Assembly (NCBI GenBank): GCA_001794215.1
Contig: MGJK01000012.1
Coordinates: 80,818-144,817, forward strand
Source: Candidatus Yanofskybacteria bacterium RIFCSPHIGHO2_01_FULL_44_24
GTDB taxonomy: Bacteria > Patescibacteriota > Minisyncoccia > 2-02-FULL-40-12 > GWA2-44-9
DNA: 64,000 nt
Reading direction: 5' to 3'
In this document: in pieces, positions 44,137 to 52,773 of the stretch
Layout: each line of letters starts with the position of its first letter
Numbering within the stretch: position 1 is the first letter of the stretch
Notes under the pieces: generated by a model
The model's database searches: none
Seen by the model: only the letters and a program-made list of their open reading frames with translations
Told to the model about the DNA's origin: nothing
Program-made: the position numbers and the translations under genes

Positions 44137-45966
44137 CTATTGGACTCCGTCTATCTGCGCTATCTGGTGGTCAACTAATTTCTTATATGTCTCGCACGAG
44201 GCGTAGAGTTCTTTATGGGTTCCCTGGCCGACTATCCGGCCGTTATCCATTACGATAATTCTGTTGGCATATCGGATAGTCGAGAATCGATGAGCGATTA
44301 TGACCGTTGTTCTGCCGCGGGAGGCTTCACGAATGGCATCTCTAATCTCTGCTTCTACTGCCGCGTCCAAACTGCTCGTTGCTTCGTCAAAAATCAGAAT
44401 TGAGGGATTCTTGATCAGTGCCCGGGCTATACCGACTCTCTGGCGTTCTCCGCCGGAAAGCTTAATGCCTCTTTCCCCGATAAGGGTATCGAACCCGCTT
44501 TCTAATTTGTGAGTGAAGCGGTTGATCTGGGATATCTGGGCTATTTTTTCTATGTCCTGGTCGGATGCGCTGATTGATTCCTGGTCGATGCCGTAAAGTA
44601 TGTTATCGCGGATACTCCGGTCGAATAGCGGAACGTCTTGTTCGACTATTCCGATTTGGGATCGGTAGGAATGAAGGTCGAGACTTCGAAGATCATGACC
44701 GTCGATCAGGATTTGACCGCTGGTAGGGTCGTTTGCCCTGATGAGTAGGCCGGCAAGGGTTGTTTTCCCGGAGCCCGATTCTCCTACTATGGCTATCATT
44801 TCGCCCGGTTGAATCGTCAGAGAAACATCTTCAAGGGCCGATTGTTCGCCGGCTTCTCTTTCGATCGGAGCAGGATCATCTTCTGTGTCGTAAGATACGA
44901 GCATCCGGCTTTGGTATCTGAAGGAGACATTTTTCAGCTCTATCAGACCCTTGACCGGTGCGAGCACTATCGGATTGGCGGGAATCTTGATATCCGACTC
45001 TATATTCATGAATTCGCAATACCTGACTATCGATGTCCACATTTTCATGATTTGCCTGTGGAGTCCTCCGATATGCCAAAGTCCGTCAAGGGCCATGTTT
45101 GACCATGCCCAGAATATGACTATGGTTCCGATTGAGTATTGTCCGCCGTAAACGTAATGAGCGCCCAAACCGAGAATCAGAACCTTGGCTAAGGTGATTA
45201 TTGTTCCCTTTTCGTGGCCGAAAAGAATGAACTTGAGCCAGATGGGCTTGGCCATGGCGACTACTTCGCCGTACTTGGCGTCCGCCTCAGTCCTTGCCTT
45301 GTCTTCCTGGGCATTGGCCAAGACGTGGCTTACGTTGCAGAGTATCTCATTTCTGAATTTTGATTCCTGATTCCACATTCTTTCCGAGATTTTCAGCTTT
45401 TTTCTGGAAGCATGGTTGGTCAGGTAGGTCATTATCAGAAAAATCAGCAGAGCTCCGAGGACAATTAAACCGAGGGCCCGGATCAGCCAGATCATTGCTA
45501 TCGTCATCAGGATTATCCGGGTGAACGTCGGGATTATGTCGTAGATGAACATGAACACTAAAGCATTCAGAGAATGCTGACCCCTGTTGATTACGCTTTG
45601 TTTCAATCCGGAATGCTGGGCATTGTGCTGGCCGATTGAGAGGCTGAGCACCTGGCCCATTGTCCGGTCGCCGATTCTCGAGTCTATATCGAAATCGACC
45701 CTTTTAACCTCATGGCGTTCTCTCAGGTAGCCCGTCAGCCAAAGGCTTGTAAGCCATATGCCCGCCGTCCAGTAGATCAGAATCAGCACCTCATCAAAAC
45801 TTCTCTGCTGGGTCATTTTATCGATGATTTGGCCTTGGACGTAGGGGCCGACTAAGTTGAGGCCCTGATTAACGGCTATCAGTAAAAGCACTATGGCTAT
45901 TCTCCACTTCAAAGGCCAAAATATAGCCCAGATCTGCTTAAAAACCTGCTTTCTTGTTGATGACAA
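44137..45966 (-). CDS. ABC exporter, fused permease plus ATP-binding domains (MsbA-like)
   Basis: Six transmembrane helices at the N-terminus. Walker A GESGSGKTT, signature LSGGERQRVGIARAL, and Walker B ILIFDEATSSLD. TTG start. Confidence 0.9.
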   Translation of the reverse strand: MSSTRKQVFKQIWAIFWPLKWRIAIVLLLIAVNQGLNLVGPYVQGQIIDKMTQQRSFDEVLILIYWTAGIWLTSLWLTGYLRERHEVKRVDFDIDSRIGDRTMGQVLSLSIGQHNAQHSGLKQSVINRGQHSLNALVFMFIYDIIPTFTRIILMTIAMIWLIRALGLIVLGALLIFLIMTYLTNHASRKKLKISERMWNQESKFRNEILCNVSHVLANAQEDKARTEADAKYGEVVAMAKPIWLKFILFGHEKGTIITLAKVLILGLGAHYVYGGQYSIGTIVIFWAWSNMALDGLWHIGGLHRQIMKMWTSIVRYCEFMNIESDIKIPANPIVLAPVKGLIELKNVSFRYQSRMLVSYDTEDDPAPIEREAGEQSALEDVSLTIQPGEMIAIVGESGSGKTTLAGLLIRANDPTSGQILIDGHDLRSLDLHSYRSQIGIVEQDVPLFDRSIRDNILYGIDQESISASDQDIEKIAQISQINRFTHKLESGFDTLIGERGIKLSGGERQRVGIARALIKNPSILIFDEATSSLDAAVEAEIRDAIREASRGRTTVIIAHRFSTIRYANRIIVMDNGRIVGQGTHKELYASCETYKKLVDHQIAQIDGVQ

Positions 45967-46095
45967 GCGGTCCCTCCGCGCTGTAGGTTATTAAAGGACA
46001 ATCTTGCATACTATATCATAAGATATTTATATGTCAAACAGGTCCTATGGATCGACTACATTTCAGAATGCGGGAAAATATATTAGAATTCGTAT

Positions 46096-47172
46096 ATGGC
46101 CAAATCTTTATTGGCGGTTGTCATTGTTATTTTGGTCTTCGGGTTGGTTGTTTTATCTTCGGCCGGAATTGTCGACGGGCAAAAGAAATTCGGGTCGGCT
46201 TACTACTATCTAATCCATCAGCTCTTATACGGCGTTTTGCCGGGCCTATTATTCATGTTCGGTTTATCCAGGACGGATTATAGGCGTTGGAAAAAACTTG
46301 CTCTTCCGATATTGGCCGGCGCTCTTTTCCTGATGGTGCTGGTCTTTGTTCCCAGCGTCGGTCAGGGCCTCAAGGGGGCGACGCGCTGGCTTAATTTGGG
46401 CATCTTTTCTTTTCAACCCTCGGAAGTGTTAAAGTTATCCCTTATTTTGTATTTTGCGGCTTGGTTCGGAAATCGGGACGAAAGGATTAGGGGCTGGACT
46501 TACGGCATGGCCCCCTTTTTTGTTGTTTTAGGCTTGGCCGGAGGGCTTTTGTTATATCAGCCGGACGTAGGCACCCTTATTGTTGTTGCCGGCATAATAC
46601 TTTCAATGTATTTTTTCGGGGGAACAAATTTGAAAAGACTGGGAATAATTATTCTTGTGTTGATAGCTGTTATGGCGGCGGCTATTTACGCCGAGCCTTA
46701 CCGCTTTGATCGGGTGAAAACATTTTTCGATCCATCAATTGATCCCCGCGGGATATCTTATCAGGTTAATCAGTCCTTAATTGCGATAGGTTCGGGCGGG
46801 TTGTTCGGAGTCGGATACGGTAACAGCACTCAAAAATTCGGTTTTCTTCCTGAGGTGGTTAACGATTCTATTTTCTCGGTGATTGCGGAAGAATTGGGTC
46901 TGATCGGCGCCTCGGCGACCATCGGATTATTTCTGATCTTGGCTTTTTTTCTGACCCGGATAGCCAAGGAAGCTCCTGATAAATTCGGACGGTTGGTAGT
47001 GATGGGAATGGCGGTTTGGATAACGGGCCAGGCCTTCTTAAATATAGCTGCGGTTTCCGGATTGGTTCCCTTGACCGGCATTACTTTGCCGTTTATCAGT
47101 TACGGCGGAACGGCTATAGCCTCTCTTTTAGCCGGCATGGGGATTGTAATCAATATTGCCAAGAGGACTTAG
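46096..47172 (+). CDS. ftsW: SEDS-family peptidoglycan polymerase (FtsW/RodA)
   Basis: 358 aa and polytopic, with the conserved ...GATRWLNLG...FQPSE... and C-terminal GLVPLTGITLPFISYGGTA blocks. Confidence 0.85.
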   Translation: MAKSLLAVVIVILVFGLVVLSSAGIVDGQKKFGSAYYYLIHQLLYGVLPGLLFMFGLSRTDYRRWKKLALPILAGALFLMVLVFVPSVGQGLKGATRWLNLGIFSFQPSEVLKLSLILYFAAWFGNRDERIRGWTYGMAPFFVVLGLAGGLLLYQPDVGTLIVVAGIILSMYFFGGTNLKRLGIIILVLIAVMAAAIYAEPYRFDRVKTFFDPSIDPRGISYQVNQSLIAIGSGGLFGVGYGNSTQKFGFLPEVVNDSIFSVIAEELGLIGASATIGLFLILAFFLTRIAKEAPDKFGRLVVMGMAVWITGQAFLNIAAVSGLVPLTGITLPFISYGGTAIASLLAGMGIVINIAKRT

Positions 47173-47220
47173 CTCTCGTAAATTAAAAGTTTAAAACTAA
47201 AAGTGAAAAATTTAGGAAAT

Positions 47221-47250
47221 CAAAATCTGCCTTTTAGGCAGATTTTGATA
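47221..47250 (+). terminator. Rho-independent terminator after ftsW
   Basis: aaatctgccttttaggcagattt hairpin followed by tg. Confidence 0.55.
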
Positions 47251-47423
47251 ACAATTTTGCGGCGGTGTTACTTCGATGAAATGATGCCTTGAGACAATAG
47301 CCGTGCCGCTGCGGATTTTAACCGGGCGGCTTTGTTCCCCGCACTACAACGGGCATATGCCAACGCATGCTTCCGCATGTGGCATAGAGAAGAGATGCCT
47401 GTTGAGTGTCGGGGCAAGCAGTG

Positions 47424-47696
47424 TTATTTCAACGCATCAGATTTTTTAGACAGCAACCGTGCTGCCGCTGATTTGAGTCTCGAGGCCTTGTTCTTTTTGA
47501 TAACGCCGGTTTTGGCAGCCTTGTCTATCTTTTTATAAACCTTAGGAAGAAGTTTCTTGGCCGCTTCTTTGCCGGTGGCTGCAAGCTTCTTCAGTTCCTT
47601 CATTACGAGCTTGTAGGCGTTGCTTTTGGCTAAGTTACGGATTCGTCTGGTTTTCGATTGTCTTAGGGCCTTTTCGGCCGATTTTGTAATTGGCAT
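47424..47696 (-). CDS. rpsT: 30S ribosomal protein S20
   Basis: MPITKSAEKALRQSKTRRIRN... is a canonical bS20 N-terminus. The track ORF extends 7 codons further upstream to a TTG start. Confidence 0.85.
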   Translation of the reverse strand: MPITKSAEKALRQSKTRRIRNLAKSNAYKLVMKELKKLAATGKEAAKKLLPKVYKKIDKAAKTGVIKKNKASRLKSAAARLLSKKSDALK

Positions 47697-47707
47697 GTAG
47701 ATAAATT

Positions 47708-47740
47708 CAGAATGCAAATATCAAAATGCAAAGTGAAAGG
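47708..47740. repeat. Tandem 7-bp repeats (cagaatg caaatat caaaatg caaagtg) upstream of rpsT
   Basis: Four or five heptamers. The same caaaatg/caaagtg word recurs upstream of the ATPase gene (26061-26090) and of atpG (59389-59420). Confidence 0.7.
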
Positions 47741-47863
47741 TTAAGCGCTAAAATACCGTAATAGAATAACAAGTTTATTCTATTTACGCAATATATTGAC
47801 ACTTGTCAAATCCCGGTGTATTATTTGAAGGCCTTAGGAAAGTTCTTTCGGGCGGAGGGAGCA

Positions 47864-48007
47864 ATGGAATATCTACTGATCGTCGGAGGATTGACTGTCG
47901 CAATTGCGGGTTGTCTGCCGAGCGTCAGGAAAAGATCCCTCGGCACCCTACTCAGGGTTTCGGGTGGATTCATGTTCGGATGGGGTATCGGCAGGTTATT
48001 CTTATAA
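47864..48007 (+). CDS. Small hydrophobic peptide (47 aa), paralog a
   Basis: RBS ggaggga. MEYLLIVGGLTVAIAGCLPSVRKRSLGTLLRVSGGFMFGWGIGRLFL. Followed by the hairpin terminator agcggcgtttcgccgct+tttt at 48011-48031. Confidence 0.35.
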   Translation: MEYLLIVGGLTVAIAGCLPSVRKRSLGTLLRVSGGFMFGWGIGRLFL

Positions 48008-48103
48008 TTTAGCGGCGTTTCGCCGCTTTTTGTATTTCTGGCGCTTGACAGGATAGTAGTAAAAAGCTTATTATGCAAAAGCACCATTAGGGCGGGAGAA
48101 TTA

Positions 48104-48250
48104 TGTGATTGTATCGGCTTCATTGTTGATTGTTTGTGGTGTTTATTGGACGGTGCGTGGTGTTAAAAGTAATAGCTTGTGGTCATTTCCGATGCTTATG
48201 CTCGGCGGATATTGTTTAGGGTTTGGCATCAGGCTCCTGTTCTTCTCTTA
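48104..48250 (+). CDS. Small hydrophobic peptide (48 aa), paralog b, hand-called
   Basis: GTG start after a gggagaa RBS. Reads ...VKSNSLWSFPMLMLGGYCLGFGIRLLFFS, sharing the C-terminal GGxxxG[WF]GI[GR][RL]LF motif with paralog a. Followed by the hairpin agcgggatttatcccgct+ttt at 48251-48271. Confidence 0.3.
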
Positions 48251-48361
48251 AGCGGGATTTATCCCGCTTTTCGTTTTTCCGGAGCCTTGACTATTTATGT
48301 TCAGATTACTCAAGCGAAACCTTAACCCAACGAAGAGATTTACAAAAAGCTATATGGCGAA

Positions 48362-48612
48362 GCCCCTTGTCATTCTGCAGCATTTGAGACCCCGAAACCG
48401 CTCAAGCGAGGCCATAATCCATAAAGGGATTTACGGACCGCGACTGGCGGGAGTAAAAGGCAAGATTTTAGTAAAAATCTATGCCGTGCCCTGAATGGGT
48501 TATGGCCGAGCGTTTTTATGGTCTGCCTCGAATAAGCCAAGGCTGAGTAACTTTTACGCCGTGCCCTGAATGGGTTGAAGTAGAGCGTCTTTATGCCGTA
48601 CCCTGATTAACC
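48362..48612. repeat. Modular intergenic repeat element, locus C
   Basis: Contains gcatttgagacccc, the segment 48426-48495 (the inverted copy of 6971-7040), cctcgaataagccaaggctgag (48526-48547), and three degenerate copies of t[at]tgccgtgccctgaatgggtt at about 48480, 48555 and 48593. Confidence 0.8.
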
Positions 48613-48627
48613 AAGGCGGAGGCCTTT

Positions 48628-50643
48628 TTATATTGAATCATTCTTTATCTTCCGTATCTGTTCCCGCAGAACCATCGCCCGGTCATAGTCGAATTTGCGG
48701 GCGGCCTTTTCCATCATTTTAGTCAGCTGCATGACTGCCCGTCTTTTGCTTGAATCGCCGAATATTATTATTTCATTTTCTTGTTCTTCCCGTCCGTATC
48801 TCCTGGATTTCGTAATGCCGTTATTGGATACGGGCATATCAAAACTGCCTATGTCTTTCTTGATAGACTGCGGAATGATGCCGAATTTTTTGTTGTGTTC
48901 TTCCTGTTTCTTTCGGCGCCTTAAGGTTTCTTTGACGGCCGAATCGATCGATCCGGTTATCTTGTCGGCATACATAACCACATGGCCGTTAAGGTGCCGG
49001 GCCGCTCTCCCCATTGTTTGGATGAGGGTGGTCGTATTTCGCAGGAAGCCCTCTTTGTCTGCATCTAAAATAGCGATCAAAGATACTTCAGGCAGGTCAA
49101 GGCCTTCGCGTAATAAATTGACGCCTACTATAACGTCATGATGGCCCATCCGGAAATCTTTAAGAATCTTAATCCGGTCGAGCGTCTTTATTTCTGAATG
49201 AAGATAGTTCACCTTAATTCCGTTATCGGCCAAGTGTTCAGAAAGATCCTCGGCCATTCTCTTGGTCAGGGTTGTAACGATTACCCGTTCTTTTTTGGCG
49301 ATTCTTTCCTCGATTCTTTTTATTAGGTCGTCTATCTGGTTTTCGGTCGGATGCAGTTCTATCGTCGGATCAAGCAATCCGGTCGGGCGTATCAATTGTT
49401 CGGCTATACTATTTTTGCCGGCTTTTTCAATTTCATATTTTCCGGGCGTGGCGGAAACATAAACCATTTTTTGGATTCTCTTTTGAAACTCGGGAAATCT
49501 TAACGGCCTGTTATCTATAGCCGAAGGAAGCCGGAAGCCGTATTCGACCAGGGTGCTTTTTCTGGAAAAATCGCCGGTATACATGCTTCGAAGCTGGGGC
49601 AGAGAAATGTGGGATTCATCGATAATAGTAAGAAATTCTCCTTTCGAGATGAAGAAGTCGAGCAGGGTATAGGGCGGTTCGCCCGGTTTTCGAAAATCAA
49701 GGTGCCGGGAATAGTTCTCGATGCCGTGGCAGTATCCGGTTTGGCGCATCATCTCAATGTCTTGAAGCGTTTTTTCTTGGAGCCGAGCCGCTTCGCTGAA
49801 TTTTTTTTGTTTTTTGAGAACTTTAACATGCCGCTGCAGCTCGCTCTTTATATTTTCTATAGCCACGCCTATTTTATCATCCGAAGTTATCCAGTATTTG
49901 GCAGGCAGGACAGTAGTCTCAACTATCCGTTCAAAACGGGGATCTTTGGTATTAAGTTCATCGGGGTCGGAAATGACGGCCTTGGTTATTTTGACTATTT
50001 TGTCATCTACGAATGCAATTTTTAAAATATTCTGGCCGTCGGGTCCCATGATCTCAATTTCATTGCTCGTTTTCCTGAAGCAACCTCTTTTTAATTCTAT
50101 GTCCGGAGCGTACTGTAACCTTGAAAGGCTTCGGATTAGGTCGCCCGGTTTTATTTTCTGTTTTTCGAAAATATGGAGACCCATGCTCTTGTATTCTTCC
50201 GGAGATCCTAAGTTGTAGATGCACGAAACCGAAGCTACGATGATTACATCATCGCGCGACATCAGGGCCTGGGTCGTGGCGTGTCTTAAGCGATCGAGTT
50301 CCTCGTTTATCTTAGAGTCCTTTTCTATGTACGTATCAGTGTGGGGGATATATGCTTCCGGCTGGTAGTAATCGTAATAGCTGACGAAGTAATGGACGGC
50401 GTTTTTAGGGAAAAATTGCTTAAATTCTTTATACAGCTGGGCGGCCAGGGTTTTATTGTGAGAAATGATCAAAGTCGGTTTTTGGTAAGCCTCAATTACT
50501 TTGGCCATAGTGAAGGTTTTTCCGGAACCGGTTACGCCCAAAAGCACCTGGTGTTTTTTACCGGATTTCAGTCCTCGGGTCAGCTTTTCTATCGCCTCAG
50601 GTTGATCGCCCGTGGGCTTATATTTTGATGTTAGTTTAAACAT
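48628..50643 (-). CDS. uvrB: Excinuclease ABC subunit B
   Basis: 671 aa. GVTGSGKTFTMAKVIE Walker A, the helicase motifs, and a C-terminal UVR-like region. Confidence 0.95.
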   Translation of the reverse strand: MFKLTSKYKPTGDQPEAIEKLTRGLKSGKKHQVLLGVTGSGKTFTMAKVIEAYQKPTLIISHNKTLAAQLYKEFKQFFPKNAVHYFVSYYDYYQPEAYIPHTDTYIEKDSKINEELDRLRHATTQALMSRDDVIIVASVSCIYNLGSPEEYKSMGLHIFEKQKIKPGDLIRSLSRLQYAPDIELKRGCFRKTSNEIEIMGPDGQNILKIAFVDDKIVKITKAVISDPDELNTKDPRFERIVETTVLPAKYWITSDDKIGVAIENIKSELQRHVKVLKKQKKFSEAARLQEKTLQDIEMMRQTGYCHGIENYSRHLDFRKPGEPPYTLLDFFISKGEFLTIIDESHISLPQLRSMYTGDFSRKSTLVEYGFRLPSAIDNRPLRFPEFQKRIQKMVYVSATPGKYEIEKAGKNSIAEQLIRPTGLLDPTIELHPTENQIDDLIKRIEERIAKKERVIVTTLTKRMAEDLSEHLADNGIKVNYLHSEIKTLDRIKILKDFRMGHHDVIVGVNLLREGLDLPEVSLIAILDADKEGFLRNTTTLIQTMGRAARHLNGHVVMYADKITGSIDSAVKETLRRRKKQEEHNKKFGIIPQSIKKDIGSFDMPVSNNGITKSRRYGREEQENEIIIFGDSSKRRAVMQLTKMMEKAARKFDYDRAMVLREQIRKIKNDSI

Positions 50644-51015
50644 TATATTTGACTAATTGGTTGGCTACTGTTACTATATTTTAACCATACTTCGATTGAT
50701 AAAAGGGCGACGGATGAGAATAGTTCAGAACCAGTTCTTCCGTATTTTCTTTAGCGTTTTATCCGGTCTGTTCGTTAGATATTTTTTGGGATTTGGTTGG
50801 GGTCTGGTGGCTGCGTTAATAGTCGTTATGTTTCTCAACGTCCTTGCCGGGATTGACCGGGCTCGAGGCCGCTCTTAGCGGCCTTTTTTATTTCTTTTTT
50901 CAGTGGTAAGCTTAGATAGAAGTACCCGCCTATGCCCTTCAGGCTTCGGCGAGGTGCTGAATTTTCTAACAACTCGGCTTCGCAAGCATTCGCTTGCCTC
51001 GTTGAGGAAATTCGC

Positions 51016-51630
51016 ATGATCTCATTCCTCGAAGGAACAATTGAACATTTGGGCGAAAAACATGCAATTTTGAATGCCGGCGGCATAGGCTATAAGGTGA
51101 CTATGGTCCCTAAATTGATTAATATTCTATCAAAGTCAACATCCTCTGTCAAGGATCAGAAGGGCGGTTCTTCGGATAGGGTGAGGTTATTCGTGCATTC
51201 CCAGCTAAATCTTCGCGAAGGTACATTTGATATGTATGGGTTTGATAAGAGAGAGGATCTTGAATTGTTCAATCTGCTGACCTCCGTATCGGGCATAGGA
51301 CCCAAGGGGGCAATGAATGTTCTGTCGGTAGTGGATCCGAAGCACCTAAAAGCCGCCGTGGTTAACGAAGATGCCGATTATCTTAAAAAAGTTTCCGGTT
51401 TAGGACCCAAAACTGCATCAAGGCTGATTCTTGAACTGAAAAATAAATTGGATCATATCGATATGGGAGATTTGGCCGGAGTCGATTTGGGCCAGGAGGG
51501 CCAGGCCATCGAGGCGTTGATGGCCTTGGGCTACAGCCAGTATCAGGCCAAAGAAACTCTTAAAGAGACTAAAGGAAAAACTCTCGAGGAGAGAGTTCGT
51601 GAAGCACTCAAAAGTTTAGGGAAAAAGTAG
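51016..51630 (+). CDS. ruvA: Holliday junction DNA helicase subunit RuvA
   Basis: MISFLEGTIEH ... GIGYKV ... two HhH motifs (LLTSVSGIGPKGAMNVLS; LKKVSGLGPKTASRLILEL). The track ORF starts 28 codons upstream. The ATG at 51016 fits the RuvA N-terminus. Confidence 0.9.
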   Translation: MISFLEGTIEHLGEKHAILNAGGIGYKVTMVPKLINILSKSTSSVKDQKGGSSDRVRLFVHSQLNLREGTFDMYGFDKREDLELFNLLTSVSGIGPKGAMNVLSVVDPKHLKAAVVNEDADYLKKVSGLGPKTASRLILELKNKLDHIDMGDLAGVDLGQEGQAIEALMALGYSQYQAKETLKETKGKTLEERVREALKSLGKK

Positions 51631-51639
51631 GCGCTCGGC

Positions 51640-52055
51640 TTTCAATCTACTAACGGCACGCCATAAAATGTTACTCGGGTTTAACCAATGAAGGGCACGA
51701 TGTAAATTCCTGCCTGCCGGCAGGCAGGTCTACTGAAATTTCATCTTTTACTCGCTCCAGTCGAGCTCCGTAAATCCCTTCATTGGCTAAACCCTCGCCC
51801 TGAGCTTGGTCAGCCTGCACAAATCCCTTAAGAGATTAAAAGCCTCGCTTGAAAAGCTCGGGGTCTCAAATGCTTCAGATGGACAAGGGGCTTCACCTTA
51901 GTTTTTTCGTAAATCCCTTCATGGGTTAAGGATTCGCTTGATGCTTGAACAAACAACCTGCGCAAAGATATTGTGGCTCTGGTTTTCGAACGGCCCTGAT
52001 GGGTCTTGACAAAAATTTTGGTTAGGTGTATTGTATCGTAAATCCATGAAGCAAC
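51640..52055. repeat. Modular intergenic repeat element, locus D
   Basis: Contains ggcacgccataaaatg, the palindrome cctgcctgccggcaggcagg (51709-51728), the hairpin gctc-cagtc-gagc then tccgtaaatccc (51754-51778), and three copies of the cgtaaatccc(t)tcatNGGNTAA word. Also has ggggtctcaaatgc, the reverse complement of gcatttgagacccc. Confidence 0.75.
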
Positions 52056-52068
52056 GGTAGGTGGTAAG

Positions 52069-52356
52069 ATGCCTGGGAAAATTCTGTGTGTCCTAGGTTT
52101 TCATAAGTTTGGCAAGGTGGAAGAGAGCTATTTCAAAGATACCGGTAAATATGGAGGCCCTTGGGGCAACGATGGCGTTTGGATTGTCCAGAAAGGCGTG
52201 AAGAGATGTACGAGAGAAGGCTGTAATTATGATAAGCTGGTTTGGCGTCAGGGGTGGCATAATCTCCCTAATCCTGAATTCGGGCGTTGGCGCCGATTAA
52301 GCCAGAAAAGAGAATCTTCTATTGATGCTTTGCCGGACTTTTATCTGATGGGTTGA
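52069..52356 (+). CDS. Small Cys/Trp-rich hypothetical protein
   Basis: 95 aa. C..(x)..CTREGC pattern. No homology recognised. Confidence 0.3.
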   Translation: MPGKILCVLGFHKFGKVEESYFKDTGKYGGPWGNDGVWIVQKGVKRCTREGCNYDKLVWRQGWHNLPNPEFGRWRRLSQKRESSIDALPDFYLMG

Positions 52357-52449
52357 TAGGGTCCTTCGGGACCTTTTTGTTTTGGATTGACCTGTTCCGT
52401 TTAAAGTACTAATAATATAAGAGGCCGATCCTTAAAAGGAGAGTTTTGC

Positions 52450-52773
52450 TTGGAAGAGGCGGCGGTTTATGCGTCTTTGACGTTCATGATCTTGGCCGGG
52501 ATTTTTTTCTTTAAATCCATGATATGCGCCCTCAGGGCATCTAAGGTTTCTTTTCCAAGCCGTGATCATGCCTGGTCCAGCATGTTTATGAGTCTCGGGT
52601 TGTTGTCTTTATACTCTTCAGGCATGGTCCTGTCTCTGTTCTACGGAGATCCGATTTGGTCAAAGCTAAGATGGACCATGTTTTTCTTCCTGATACTGGC
52701 TACGTTGTTTTACTTGGCTTTCAGGTTTACTCATGCCAAGTTAAGAGAAGACGAAGAAGATAAACAGGACTAA
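52450..52773 (+). CDS. Small membrane protein, hypothetical
   Basis: 107 aa with three transmembrane helices and an acidic C-terminus. Confidence 0.35.
   Translation: MEEAAVYASLTFMILAGIFFFKSMICALRASKVSFPSRDHAWSSMFMSLGLLSLYSSGMVLSLFYGDPIWSKLRWTMFFFLILATLFYLAFRFTHAKLREDEEDKQD

Noticed and set aside
47332-47538. Plus-strand 68-aa ORF overlapping rpsT
   Set aside because: It overlaps the S20 gene on the opposite strand and the rpsT terminator region. S20 is the confident call.
48480-48612. Possible degenerate CRISPR array in repeat locus C
   Set aside because: Repeat spacing is irregular (75 and 38 nt), the copies are degenerate, the unit is shared with other loci in inverted orientation, and no cas genes are present in the window.
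48695-50628. Several plus-strand ORFs (48695-49141, 49262-49462, 49609-50025, 49814-50218, 50341-50628) overlapping uvrB
   Set aside because: They are antisense to the full-length UvrB frame, whose conserved motifs are intact. These are typical spurious ORFs opposite a long GC-skewed gene.
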